Shown here in pieces: positions 10,380 through 19,821 of a stretch of DNA of 32,000 nucleotides; positions within the stretch are counted from its first letter, which is position 1, and every line of letters starts with the position of its first letter. Origin of the DNA: a cyanobacterium endosymbiont of Braarudosphaera bigelowii (GTDB lineage Bacteria > Cyanobacteriota > Cyanobacteriia > Cyanobacteriales > Microcystaceae); the NCBI RefSeq assembly GCF_020885515.1, contig NZ_AP024987.1, positions 330,001-362,000 of the forward strand. Direction: 5' to 3'. Made by a program: the position numbers and the translations under genes. A model generated the notes under the pieces. That model worked only from the letters and a program-made list of their open reading frames with translations, was not told the origin of the DNA and ran no database searches.

Positions 10380-11843
10380 TTATCCTCCTATACCTATTTT
10401 CACTGCTAACAGAGGATTTAGAGGTATTAATACTAATAACACTATCAGCATTGATGCTAAAGCACATATCGCACGAATATCATTAGGCTCGGTTAATTCA
10501 TTAAGGCTCGGTTTCCCGATATCTCTTTGTAAAAATAAGATAACCATAATCCAATATAAAGGTATGAGATTATTAGGATTAAATATAGTTATAATTCCCA
10601 ATATTATTAAAGTAATAACAGTAGATTTTTTTGCGGTATCCCTTCCATAAATGGCCTGAATAATTCTTCCGCCATCTAATTGACCTGCAGGCATTAAATT
10701 TAATGCAGTAATTACTAATCCTAACCATCCAACAATCACTAAAGGATTAATAGAAATGATTGAATTTTGTAACTGTTCGCCTAAGATAACTTTCGCTAAA
10801 ATACCAATCAAAATTGATTTCTGAAATGATTGAGTAGTTATCTGAAGTAAGCTACCAGAATGCGATAGAGTCAATCCTGATATTAGAAATAAAATAGAAA
10901 GAATTCCACCAAAGACTGGTCCAGCTAAAGATATGTCAAACAGAGTTTTTCTATTTGGGATTAGAGATTCAAAGCGAGTAATTGCACCAAAAGAACTAAA
11001 TTCCCAAATGGGTAAAAAAAATGGCCAACTTAGTTTAATACCATAAAAATTAGCCACTAGATAATGGCCAACTTCATGAAAAACTAAAATCATCCATAGA
11101 GCTAAAGTAATTGGAATTATTTCTTGATATCGATTCCAATTATTAAAAATATCAAAGCCAAGTAAATTACTGGTTTTCTCTAAGCTAGTGACAATAGTTG
11201 CTAAAAAAAGCACTATAGCTAGGTTTTTTTGCAAAATAGTCATCGATTTAGAATCATTAATATTAGGAAGTACTATAACTACTGGTTTTTCTTCAGTTCC
11301 CTCTACTAAGAATAAACAGTATTTTCCACTAAATTGTGTTTGTAATTTGTTAGAAAGAAGTTTGTGTGTTGTATCAGAATCACCTCTCAAATTTCCTTTG
11401 AAAATTACACCACCTTCATATGGAACGGCCTCTGTTGAAAAAAAAGTATCAATACTAAATATACTTTTAATAGTTTGAATATCTTGATCAGGAATTGAAG
11501 AAATATCTATAGTCTCATTGCTATGAGTGTCTACTTTCAGTGAATCATCATTCTCCAATTTTTTTTCTTTTTTTCTCTTAATTAGTCTACTTAAATATAT
11601 ATAAATTAAGAGGGAAGATAATGGAAGTAGGAAAGTGTTAACAAAACTGAACTGAACTCCAAATAATAAGAAACTAAGGATAACTATACAAGGAAGTATT
11701 AGGTCAATTGATCGCAGCCAAGAGAAAAACCTTACTTCTCTAGTTTCTCTAGAAGAATTAATCCGATTGTTTATTAAAATGAAAAGTCCTATTGTTACCG
11801 TAAGAACAAAAAAGACTAACTCTCTTTCAGATAAAGTGAACAT
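10380..11843 (-). CDS. Site-2 protease family (M50) zinc metalloprotease, EGY-like architecture
   Basis: 487 aa and polytopic, with HEVGHYL (HExxH) in a TM helix and the second motif NLMPAGQLDGGR. ATG start. Confidence 0.85.
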   Translation of the reverse strand: MFTLSERELVFFVLTVTIGLFILINNRINSSRETREVRFFSWLRSIDLILPCIVILSFLLFGVQFSFVNTFLLPLSSLLIYIYLSRLIKRKKEKKLENDDSLKVDTHSNETIDISSIPDQDIQTIKSIFSIDTFFSTEAVPYEGGVIFKGNLRGDSDTTHKLLSNKLQTQFSGKYCLFLVEGTEEKPVVIVLPNINDSKSMTILQKNLAIVLFLATIVTSLEKTSNLLGFDIFNNWNRYQEIIPITLALWMILVFHEVGHYLVANFYGIKLSWPFFLPIWEFSSFGAITRFESLIPNRKTLFDISLAGPVFGGILSILFLISGLTLSHSGSLLQITTQSFQKSILIGILAKVILGEQLQNSIISINPLVIVGWLGLVITALNLMPAGQLDGGRIIQAIYGRDTAKKSTVITLIILGIITIFNPNNLIPLYWIMVILFLQRDIGKPSLNELTEPNDIRAICALASMLIVLLVLIPLNPLLAVKIGIGG

Positions 11844-11904
11844 ATTTTTTTATTCTTCTATAATTATTTCAATGAAAATAAAGGAAGCAATATACTCAAT
11901 CTTC

Positions 11905-12834
11905 CTACTCATTTATTTTTAACTTATTAAAATAACTAAGTGCAGATTTTAGATTACCTTGATAAAGATCTAAAAGACTTTGACCATCTTTTGATGTAAT
12001 TCCTGTCCAATAACGTAATAGTGCTAATTTTACTTGTTTATTACTATCCTCTAATAATAAAATTGCATCCTGACGGCTTAAATTAGTTAATTCTTGTAAG
12101 ATACGCAATGCACGATCATAAAGTTTTAAATTTGTTATTGCTACATCAATCATTCGATTTTCGTAGACTTTTCCTAACTTTACCATGACTCCAGTTGATA
12201 TAATATTTAAAGCCATCTTGGTTGCTGTTCCTGCTTTTAAGCGAGTAGAACCTGCCAATATCTCAGGGCCTGTTAATAATCGAATATTGATGTCAACACT
12301 GATTGGAACTTGTTCTATTGGAACACAACTAATAGCAATTGTAGTTGATAATTTTTTTCTTGCAGCATTTAAAGCTCCATGAACAAAAGGAGTTGTTCCC
12401 CCAGCACTAATTCCTATAACTACATCTTTATCTGTTATTTCCTTTTGAAGAATTTCTTTTTCTCCATCTTGAAAGCTATCTTCTAAATCTTCTGAACTTC
12501 TTGTTAGAGAAGAATTTCCACCTGCTATGATACCCTGTACTAATTCTGGACTAGTACAAAAAGTTGGGGGACATTCTACTGCATCTAAGACTCCTAATCT
12601 TCCGCTTGTTCCTGCTCCAATATAGAATAATTTTCCTCCATCTTTTAGTGCTTGGCTAATAACTTCAATAGATTTGGCTAATTCTAGCCGTGCTTTATTA
12701 ATAGCCTCAATTGTATTGATGTCTTCTTCATTAAAAAGATCTACTAGCTCAATAGAAGTCAGTTGGTCTAAATTTTTACTTTTAGGATTAATCTGTTCAG
12801 TTAAAAGATATCCTCTTTCTCTTATATTGTTCAT
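11905..12834 (-). CDS. murQ: N-acetylmuramic acid 6-phosphate etherase
   Basis: 309 aa with a SIS domain. Conserved MurQ strings are present: LFYIGAGTSGRLGVLDA.ECPPTF, GISAGGTTPFV and AGSTRLKAGTATKM. Confidence 0.9.
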   Translation of the reverse strand: MNNIRERGYLLTEQINPKSKNLDQLTSIELVDLFNEEDINTIEAINKARLELAKSIEVISQALKDGGKLFYIGAGTSGRLGVLDAVECPPTFCTSPELVQGIIAGGNSSLTRSSEDLEDSFQDGEKEILQKEITDKDVVIGISAGGTTPFVHGALNAARKKLSTTIAISCVPIEQVPISVDINIRLLTGPEILAGSTRLKAGTATKMALNIISTGVMVKLGKVYENRMIDVAITNLKLYDRALRILQELTNLSRQDAILLLEDSNKQVKLALLRYWTGITSKDGQSLLDLYQGNLKSALSYFNKLKINE

Positions 12835-12840
12835 ACCGAT

Positions 12841-13233
12841 TTATAGTAGTCCTTCTAATTGACGACGAATTGTATCCAGTTGTTCAGTAGACATTTGTAC
12901 TTCATCTGTATTTTTCTTAGTAGTCTCTTGAAAATCTTTTTCATTCTTCCACGAAAACTTTTCTACATTTTTTTCAGGTGGAATAGCGAGCTCTTCATTT
13001 GAGATGATTTCCCAATCATAATCAGCTTGTTTACAAAATTCTTTTATTTCATCTGAATCAAAAGATTCAATTGTTGGTACCGGAAAATCTTGGGCCTCTA
13101 GAAGTAAAGAATAGCGCATGGCATCATCTTCAGACTCAAACATTAGTATTTTATTACGATCACCTATTTGTACTGTATGAATAGCCTCATTCTCAGTACG
13201 AACATTAAAAAGCAAAGCATATATTTTACTCAT
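12841..13233 (-). CDS. DUF3110-domain protein (conserved in cyanobacteria and plastids)
   Basis: The 130-aa N-terminus IYALLFNVRTENEAIHTVQIGDRNKILMFESEDDAMRYSLLLEAQDFP matches my memory of the DUF3110 pattern. Its stop lies 6 nt before the murQ start. Confidence 0.6.
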   Translation of the reverse strand: MSKIYALLFNVRTENEAIHTVQIGDRNKILMFESEDDAMRYSLLLEAQDFPVPTIESFDSDEIKEFCKQADYDWEIISNEELAIPPEKNVEKFSWKNEKDFQETTKKNTDEVQMSTEQLDTIRRQLEGLL

Positions 13234-14016
13234 TGTTTTTTTCCTTAACTGTATAGCAACGATATTATTTAGATAATAATTTAAAAACTTTTAACTAATA
13301 TTTAGTTATATGGTATGCATATCAATAACAATATAAATTAACTTATAAATAATAATTTGTTGTATCGCAACCTAATCTAATTTTATTGTAGTCTGTATTA
13401 AGTTAGTTATGTACATTGTGATTTTTTGAAAGTTCTCAGCTGAAATAATAAATATTTATGCATTAAAAGTTTAAAAGTCCTATTCTTTAAGGAAGAAATC
13501 TAGCTCCCTTTTAGTCAAAGACTGATAGTAATAAAATAAGCCATTTTGATAGGATTTTATATCTTTCAAACTAGTGTGAAATGATAACAATGTTGATAAA
13601 CTCCCGTAGTTCAATATTTCATGCTTTTGAATACTGATGTAATTAAATCATTTTGTACTAGATTATTTGTTATGAACCTAAAATATTTATAATCTAATAA
13701 ATATTTGTAAGATCTAAAAAATAATTAACAGATTACTTATATGTGTTTAAGATAAATTTACTTTTTTGTAAAAATAATTTATTAGTAACTCTTATAATTA
13801 TAAAATAATAATATAATTGTTAACTTTGAACAGATTTAACAAGTGACTATAGGTATAGTAGTAAATAAGTTAAATAGGCACAGAGAACAATTTGAAAGCC
13901 ATTAAGTGTGGTGTGAGGTAGTTAAAGTCCCTTGAACTAATTCAGTTTAGGGCAAATTACACAAAATATAGCAGTTTATTTCTAAGCACTGCTCCTTACA
14001 CTTTTTGGAGATCAAA

Positions 14017-14730
14017 ATGGTTAATATTTCAACAAAGTTTATCGCTTTCGGTACATTAGTTACTGTTGGTATGTTTAGTTCAGTTCCCGAAGTACAAGCT
14101 CAACATTTTAAGTACCCAGAAACTAGAATGGTTGGTGAAGGATCTCCTTCTACAGTTGAATGGAGTAGTAATCCTGGCCCTCGTGCTTTTGAACGCAAAG
14201 TTCAAAAAGTAGCTTTTGAATGTATTCCTCAAGCTGATGGATCCTATATTACTGAAGAAAAAGTAGTAGAGATTACATTTAATCCTGCTCAATATCCTGT
14301 TTATGTAGAAAATGATCTTTCTACTCAGTATGTTGCTTTTGGGGAGCTGACTGGAATGCCTATGATTCAATGGACAGAGAATCGTCCTTCTAGTCATAAA
14401 GATGGACTTTATACACCTGAAAGTAGATGCCAAACTGTTAGTGCACGTTTAACGAATCTCGCTTATTCTTTTGGTGCCACTACACCTGTTGAAGTTGCTC
14501 AAGAATTCAATAGTAGAATGAATGTCGGTAAAGTTAATGGAGAACGGGTAATCTTCATTTCTAACAAACCCCAAAAAGCTGCTACTGAGAATGTAGTTTT
14601 TACACTAAAACCTGAAAATGGAAATACGTTTGCTGCTTCACAAAGAGCTCTTGCTCAATTTCAAAACTCCATATCAGGAAGTATTGGTGGTTCAGGAAAC
14701 CCTGGTGAACTACCTCCTATCGTAGAGTAG
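14017..14730 (+). CDS. COP23 (circadian oscillating polypeptide) family secreted protein
   Basis: I prefer the ATG at 14017, preceded by GGAG, over the TTG at 14005 in the track. There is a signal peptide MVNISTKFIAFGTLVTVGMFSSVPEVQA|Q, and the family-like core is FECIPQ...IQW....YTPESRCQTVSARL. Confidence 0.7.
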   Translation: MVNISTKFIAFGTLVTVGMFSSVPEVQAQHFKYPETRMVGEGSPSTVEWSSNPGPRAFERKVQKVAFECIPQADGSYITEEKVVEITFNPAQYPVYVENDLSTQYVAFGELTGMPMIQWTENRPSSHKDGLYTPESRCQTVSARLTNLAYSFGATTPVEVAQEFNSRMNVGKVNGERVIFISNKPQKAATENVVFTLKPENGNTFAASQRALAQFQNSISGSIGGSGNPGELPPIVE

Positions 14731-14779
14731 TTTTTTTGATAAAAACAAGATTTGTAAATATCATTTTCTTTTTTATTAT

Positions 14780-14816
14780 CTAGAGAGTTTGTAAAAAAAT
14801 AACTCTCTAGTTTTTT
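14780..14816 (+). terminator. Intrinsic terminator of the COP23 gene
   Basis: Perfect 10-bp stem CTAGAGAGTT / AACTCTCTAG with an 11-nt loop, immediately followed by TTTTTT. It starts 50 nt after the stop codon. Confidence 0.75.
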
Positions 14817-14888
14817 AAATATAAAAAACTTAGAATAAATACTCTTAAATAATATTAATTAGGTATAAATACAATACTTTATTTATAA

Positions 14889-14918
14889 GTGTCAATTAAA
14901 ATGATTTTTAATTGACAC
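14889..14918. promoter_or_regulatory. Perfect palindrome GTGTCAATTAAAA-tgat-TTTTAATTGACAC just upstream of the HlyD-type gene
   Basis: 13-bp arms with a 4-nt spacer, read directly. It ends 21 nt before the ATG at 14940. It could be an operator site or a 5'-UTR hairpin. Confidence 0.5.
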
Positions 14919-14939
14919 TATTCATATAGAAAATTTTTT

Positions 14940-16379
14940 ATGGAGACTCTTGTGCCTAGTAAGTTAAACCGTCCTCTTCCACTGATTTTAATCATGGTAA
15001 CAGGAGGAATAATTTTTATTGGAGGATTAACCTACAAAGTAGCTAAAACTTCTATCTTGAAAAATAATCTTAACAACATAGTTGCAGTTGCTAAGCAGGA
15101 AAGCTTGATTACTGATATAGAAGTCGACGGTATATTAGAACCTATTGAAAATGTTGAAATTAGTCCTAAATATCCAGGTAGGTTAGTTCAATTACTTACT
15201 AAACAAGGAGAAAAAGTCAAACAAGGACAAATATTGGCATTAATGGAACGTGCAGAAATTAGAGCTCAAGGAAAAGTAGCTGAAGCTAAGTACGGTGAAT
15301 CTTTAGCTGAAATGGAAGCAGCTAAAATACGTATTCCTAGTGAAATTCAAAAAGCACAAACTCAACAGATTAGAGCAGAAGCTAGATTAGGAGAAGTTCA
15401 AACTAAGTTAGAACAAGTGAGTAAGAAAATTCCTAAAAAAATTGAAAAAGTTAAAGCAGAACTGGTTTCGTCTCAATCGAATTTGCAATTATCTACTTCT
15501 AGAATGAAACGAGGTGAAGAACTATTACAAGAAGGAGTTATTTCTCAAGATGATTTTGATAAACTTCTGAATAATTATCATAAAGCTAAAGCAATTTTTC
15601 TCAAAAACGGAACATCTTTAAAACAAATTACTAGTTCGCAAAATTTAGAGATTGATCAACTAAGACAAGAAGCTTTACAAGCTAAAGCAGAAGTTACTGA
15701 AGCACATATTGTAGTTGAAGAATATAAAAAAATTGCTAAAAACGAATTTGCCCGCTTGGAATCCTTAATTAATGGATCTAAGGCTCAACTAGAACAAGTT
15801 GTGATTAAATTTGAAGATACTGCTATTCGTGCCCCTATTGATGGTCTTGTAATGAGACAATACGCTAGCCCAGGTGAATATATTAATCCTATCTCAGCTT
15901 CTCTGAACTCAATTATTTCCTTAGCAAAAGGATTAAAAGTAACTGCAGAAATTCCAGAAATTGATATTAATAGAATAGAACAAGGACAACTAGTAACCAT
16001 TACTACTAATGTTTACCCTGAACAATTATTTCAAGGACAAGTTGCTAAAATTTCTTCAGAAAAAGTTTTAGCAGACAAGACAAAAGTATTCAAGGTTACT
16101 ATCAAATTGATTACTGGACAAAATAATCTACTTCCTGAAATGAATTTAAAAGTATCTTTTTCAGAAAAAAGAATACCTAATACTTTAACTATTCCGAACA
16201 ACACAATTATAACTAAAGAAGGAAAAGCAGGTGTTGTACTTATAAATAAATTTGATCATCCTGAATTCCAACCAATTATCTTAGGTAAAGTTTTTGGTAA
16301 TAAAACTCAGATACTTTTTGGATTAAATCCAGGAGATAAATTATTAATTAATTCTTTAAAAAAAGTAAACAATATTTAA
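14940..16379 (+). CDS. HlyD/DevB-type periplasmic adaptor (membrane fusion protein) of an efflux or secretion system
   Basis: 479 aa with an N-terminal TM anchor, a lipoyl-like half-motif (GRLVQLLTKQGEKVKQGQILALM ... IRAPIDGLV), a long heptad-rich coiled-coil insert, then beta-barrel and membrane-proximal regions. An alternative start is GTG at 14952, 6 nt after a GGAG. Confidence 0.8.
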   Translation: METLVPSKLNRPLPLILIMVTGGIIFIGGLTYKVAKTSILKNNLNNIVAVAKQESLITDIEVDGILEPIENVEISPKYPGRLVQLLTKQGEKVKQGQILALMERAEIRAQGKVAEAKYGESLAEMEAAKIRIPSEIQKAQTQQIRAEARLGEVQTKLEQVSKKIPKKIEKVKAELVSSQSNLQLSTSRMKRGEELLQEGVISQDDFDKLLNNYHKAKAIFLKNGTSLKQITSSQNLEIDQLRQEALQAKAEVTEAHIVVEEYKKIAKNEFARLESLINGSKAQLEQVVIKFEDTAIRAPIDGLVMRQYASPGEYINPISASLNSIISLAKGLKVTAEIPEIDINRIEQGQLVTITTNVYPEQLFQGQVAKISSEKVLADKTKVFKVTIKLITGQNNLLPEMNLKVSFSEKRIPNTLTIPNNTIITKEGKAGVVLINKFDHPEFQPIILGKVFGNKTQILFGLNPGDKLLINSLKKVNNI

Positions 16380-16648
16380 ACAACGATTACTTTTCTATTT
16401 CTACAGTATGTGAAATAGGTTAAAATGTTTATGTCAATACCAAAGAAGTATTAATTATTTTTTATAGTGATTAATATTTTTTTATGTTTCACACCCACCA
16501 AATTAGGTTCGGAAAACTACACTATCCTAGATCCCCTAAATCCCGTCACCATATATATAAGTAATTGATATTCAAGAAAACCTATTTTTAATAGTTTAAG
16601 CTAAATATCAGCTTTGAATAAATTTTATAGAAATTAAGGAGTCAGAAT

Positions 16649-18568
16649 ATGGGAAAAATTGTCGGAATTGATTTAGGAACTACTAATTCTTGTGTCGCAG
16701 TAATGGAAGGCGGGAAACCAACTGTTATAGCTAATGCAGAAGGATTCCGCACTACTCCTTCTGTAGTCGCTTACACAAAAGGTGGTGATCGTTTAGTAGG
16801 TCAAATTGCTAAGCGTCAAGCAGTAATGAATCCGGAAAATACATTTTACTCAGTTAAACGTTTTATAGGTCGCAAACACGATGAAATAAGCTCAGGCTCT
16901 AGTGATGTATCATACAATATCGCAAAAGATGGGAATGGTAACGTTAAACTAGAATGTTCTGCTCAAGACAAGCAATTCTCTGCTGAGGAAATATCAGCTC
17001 AAGTTCTACGCAAGTTAGTTGAAGATGCAAGTAAATATCTTGGAGAGAAGGTAACTGAAGCAGTAATAACTGTTCCTGCCTATTTTAATGATTCTCAGCG
17101 TCAAGCAACAAAAGATGCAGGGAAAATTGCTGGCATTGAAGTTAAACGTATTATCAATGAACCTACAGCTGCATCTCTAGCTTATGGTCTAGATAAAAAA
17201 AATAATGAAACTATTTTAGTTTTTGATTTAGGTGGTGGAACTTTTGACGTGTCCATTCTAGAAGTAGGAGATGGTGTATTTGAAGTGCTATCCACTTCTG
17301 GTGACACTCATCTGGGAGGAGATGATTTTGATAAGAAAATAGTTGATTATCTAGCTGGTACATTTCAAAAAAATGAAGGTATCGATCTTCGTAAAGATAA
17401 GCAAGCCTTACAGCGCTTAACAGAAGCAGCAGAAAAAGCTAAGATAGAATTATCCGGAGTTACTCAAAGTGAAATTAATCTTCCTTTTATTACGGCTACA
17501 CAGGAAGGTCCTAAACATCTCGATATTACTCTTACAAGAGCACAGTTTGAAGAGCTTTGTTCTGATCTAATTGATCGTTCTCGTGTTCCTGTAGAGAAAT
17601 CGATGAAAGATGCAAAGTTAACTAAAGATGATATTCATGAAGTAGTCTTAGTTGGAGGCTCCACACGTATTCCTGCGGTGCAAGAACTAGTTAAAAAAAT
17701 CTTAGGGAAAGATCCTAACAAAGGAGTTAATCCTGATGAAGTTGTAGCTATGGGAGCTGCTATTCAAGGAGGAGTCCTAGCAGGGGAGGTTAAAGATATT
17801 TTACTTCTCGATGTTACTCCACTATCACTCGGAGTAGAGACTTTAGGTGGTGTAATGACAAAAATTATTCCTCGTAACGCTACTATTCCAACAAAAAAAT
17901 CCGAAGTTTTTTCTACTGCAGTTGATAGTCAAAGTAATGTAGAAATTCATGTGCTTCAAGGAGAACGTGAAATGGCTAAGGATAATAAGGATCTAGGTTT
18001 ATTCCGTCTTGATGGTATTCCCCCAGCACCCCGTGGTGTTCCTCAAATCGAAGTAACTTTTGATATCGATGCAAATGGTATCCTTAACGTAACAGCTAAA
18101 GATAAAGGAACTGGTAAAGAGCAATCTATAAGTATTACTGGAGCTTCCACATTACCAGATAAAGAAGTTGACAGAATGGTCAAGGAAGCTGAAGAAAATG
18201 CGAATGAAGATAAAGAACGTAGAGAAAAAATTGATCGTAAAAATCAAGCTGACTCGCTAGTTTATCAAGGAGAAAAGCAACTCAAAGAACTAGAGGATAA
18301 AGTATCAGCTGATAATAAAGCTAAAGCTGAAGACTTAATTAAACAATTAAAAGAAGCAATTGCTGAAGATAATGATGATAATATAAAATCATTAACTGAA
18401 GAGTTGCAACAGCTTCTTTACAGTATTGGCACAAGTGTTTATCAGCAGTCAGAGTCAGATCCAAATATTCCGAATCCAGATTCTGATAATACTTCTGATG
18501 CAAGCTCAGGAGATGTTCCTAATACCGGTGATGATGTAATAGATGCTGAATTCTCAGAATCTAAATAG
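16649..18568 (+). CDS. dnaK: Molecular chaperone DnaK (Hsp70)
   Basis: 639 aa with [33 protein letters not shown] and an acidic C-terminus. AAGGAG lies 7 nt upstream of the ATG. Confidence 0.97.
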   Translation: MGKIVGIDLGTTNSCVAVMEGGKPTVIANAEGFRTTPSVVAYTKGGDRLVGQIAKRQAVMNPENTFYSVKRFIGRKHDEISSGSSDVSYNIAKDGNGNVKLECSAQDKQFSAEEISAQVLRKLVEDASKYLGEKVTEAVITVPAYFNDSQRQATKDAGKIAGIEVKRIINEPTAASLAYGLDKKNNETILVFDLGGGTFDVSILEVGDGVFEVLSTSGDTHLGGDDFDKKIVDYLAGTFQKNEGIDLRKDKQALQRLTEAAEKAKIELSGVTQSEINLPFITATQEGPKHLDITLTRAQFEELCSDLIDRSRVPVEKSMKDAKLTKDDIHEVVLVGGSTRIPAVQELVKKILGKDPNKGVNPDEVVAMGAAIQGGVLAGEVKDILLLDVTPLSLGVETLGGVMTKIIPRNATIPTKKSEVFSTAVDSQSNVEIHVLQGEREMAKDNKDLGLFRLDGIPPAPRGVPQIEVTFDIDANGILNVTAKDKGTGKEQSISITGASTLPDKEVDRMVKEAEENANEDKERREKIDRKNQADSLVYQGEKQLKELEDKVSADNKAKAEDLIKQLKEAIAEDNDDNIKSLTEELQQLLYSIGTSVYQQSESDPNIPNPDSDNTSDASSGDVPNTGDDVIDAEFSESK

Positions 18569-18633
18569 TTCTAAAATATTTATGACTATAAATTGATCGA
18601 AATTTACAAGTGATTTAGTAAATTTCTGATTAC

Positions 18634-18680
18634 TTTATTCTTTAACCAATTTTAAGTTATCTTATTGGTTAAAGAATAAA
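18634..18680 (+). terminator. Long AT-rich hairpin downstream of dnaK
   Basis: Perfect 17-bp inverted repeat TTTATTCTTTAACCAAT / ATTGGTTAAAGAATAAA with a 13-nt loop, about 65 nt after the stop. No T-run follows, so terminator function is uncertain. Confidence 0.45.
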
Positions 18681-18921
18681 CTCTATAATGGTTTACTTGG
18701 TAATAACAGAGTAATGACTCATGTGGCCATTCCTATTAAAAACAAGAAAAATATATATAAATTAATACAAAACACAATATAAAAAATTGATTTGCACAGC
18801 CTTTGTAGAGAAGATATTCTCCACATTATTTTTTATATACTAGGCCTAAATCTTCTTTATCAAGAATAATTGACCTTTTCTAAAAAAATAAATTTTAATA
18901 ACTTAATTAAGGATAAAATAC

Positions 18922-19752
18922 ATGACAATTGAATCACCTATTCCTGTTATTGTTAATGGTGCCGGGGGGAAAATGGGGCGTGAAGTAATTAAACATGTTG
19001 CCGAATCACAGGATATGATATTAATCGGTGCTGTAGATATAAATCCAAATTATCTCGGCAAAGATATTGGAGAATTAGCTGGAATTAAACATTTAGAAAT
19101 TCCTGTTATTAATGATTTAGAGAGTATATTAATAACAGCTACTCAAGAAAAAGTACAAGGAGTTATGGTTGATTTTACTCATCCAAACAATATGTACAAT
19201 AATATAAGAAGTGCGATTGCTTATGGGGTACGTCCTGTTGTAGGAACTACAGGGGGGTTAACAAAAGAACAGTTAAAAGATTTAGAAGAATTTGCAGATA
19301 AAGCAAGTACTGGATGTTTAATTATTCCTAATTTTTCCATAGGAATAGTATTACTCCAGAAAGCTGCAATAGAAGCTTCGAAGTACTTTGATGATGTTGA
19401 AATCATTGAATCTCATCATAATCATAAAATAGATGCTCCTAGTGGTACTGCAATCCAAACAGCTGAAATACTGGCTGAATCTGGGAAAATTTATAATGTT
19501 TCTTGTATGGAAGAAACAGAAACTATAAAATTTTCTAGGGGTTGCTTAGCATCCAATAATATTAGAGTGCATAGCATTCGCTTACCTGGACTAATTGCTC
19601 ATCAGGAAGTAATTTTTGGTTCGGAAGGACAAGTTTATACGCTCCGTCATGATACTAGTAACAGAACATGCTATATGCCAGGCATATTACTTGCTATCAG
19701 ACAAGTAACTCGGTTAAAGTCTTTGGTCTATGGATTAGAGAAGATTCTTTAG
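18922..19752 (+). CDS. dapB: 4-hydroxy-tetrahydrodipicolinate reductase
   Basis: 276 aa with N-terminal NGAGGKMGR (Rossmann fold), the E.HH..K.DAPSGTA catalytic motif ([15 protein letters not shown]) and the C-terminal RHD..NR... pattern. Confidence 0.93.
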   Translation: MTIESPIPVIVNGAGGKMGREVIKHVAESQDMILIGAVDINPNYLGKDIGELAGIKHLEIPVINDLESILITATQEKVQGVMVDFTHPNNMYNNIRSAIAYGVRPVVGTTGGLTKEQLKDLEEFADKASTGCLIIPNFSIGIVLLQKAAIEASKYFDDVEIIESHHNHKIDAPSGTAIQTAEILAESGKIYNVSCMEETETIKFSRGCLASNNIRVHSIRLPGLIAHQEVIFGSEGQVYTLRHDTSNRTCYMPGILLAIRQVTRLKSLVYGLEKIL

Positions 19753-19821
19753 GTAAAATTAAAATTGATATTCAAGAAATTACATTGCTATTCTTTATTA
19801 AGTATATGAGATTAATTTCTA

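Noticed and set aside
10292-10486. 64-aa + strand ORF (TTG start) at the convergent junction of the PucC-like and S2P genes
   Set aside because: More than half of it overlaps the S2P C-terminus on the opposite strand. It has a TTG start, no ribosome-binding site, and a hydrophobic low-complexity translation typical of AT-rich sequence.
13590-13660. tRNA-like strings (GTAGTTCAAT at ~13607, and GCGTTCGATTT at ~29434)
   Set aside because: Attempts to fold a cloverleaf failed: there are no complementary D, T or acceptor stems. I found no tRNA, rRNA, tmRNA or RNase P signature (for example GGTTCGAATCC with a paired stem) anywhere in the window.
14080-14433. 117-aa minus-strand ORF inside the COP23 gene
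   Set aside because: It is antisense to a CDS with a signal peptide and family motifs. It is Arg/Ser/Ile-rich junk with no start context.
16563-16579. Exact 17-mer AATTGATATTCAAGAAA shared between the dnaK upstream region (16563-16579) and the dapB downstream region (19763-19779)
   Set aside because: My rough estimate for this base composition is on the order of one chance 17-mer match per 32 kb compared on both strands. The flanks do not extend the match, so it is not evidence of a repeat family.
16380-16648. CIRCE/HrcA operator (TTAGCACTC-N9-GAGTGCTAA) upstream of dnaK
   Set aside because: No match to either half-site was seen. In cyanobacteria CIRCE is usually associated with groE rather than dnaK.
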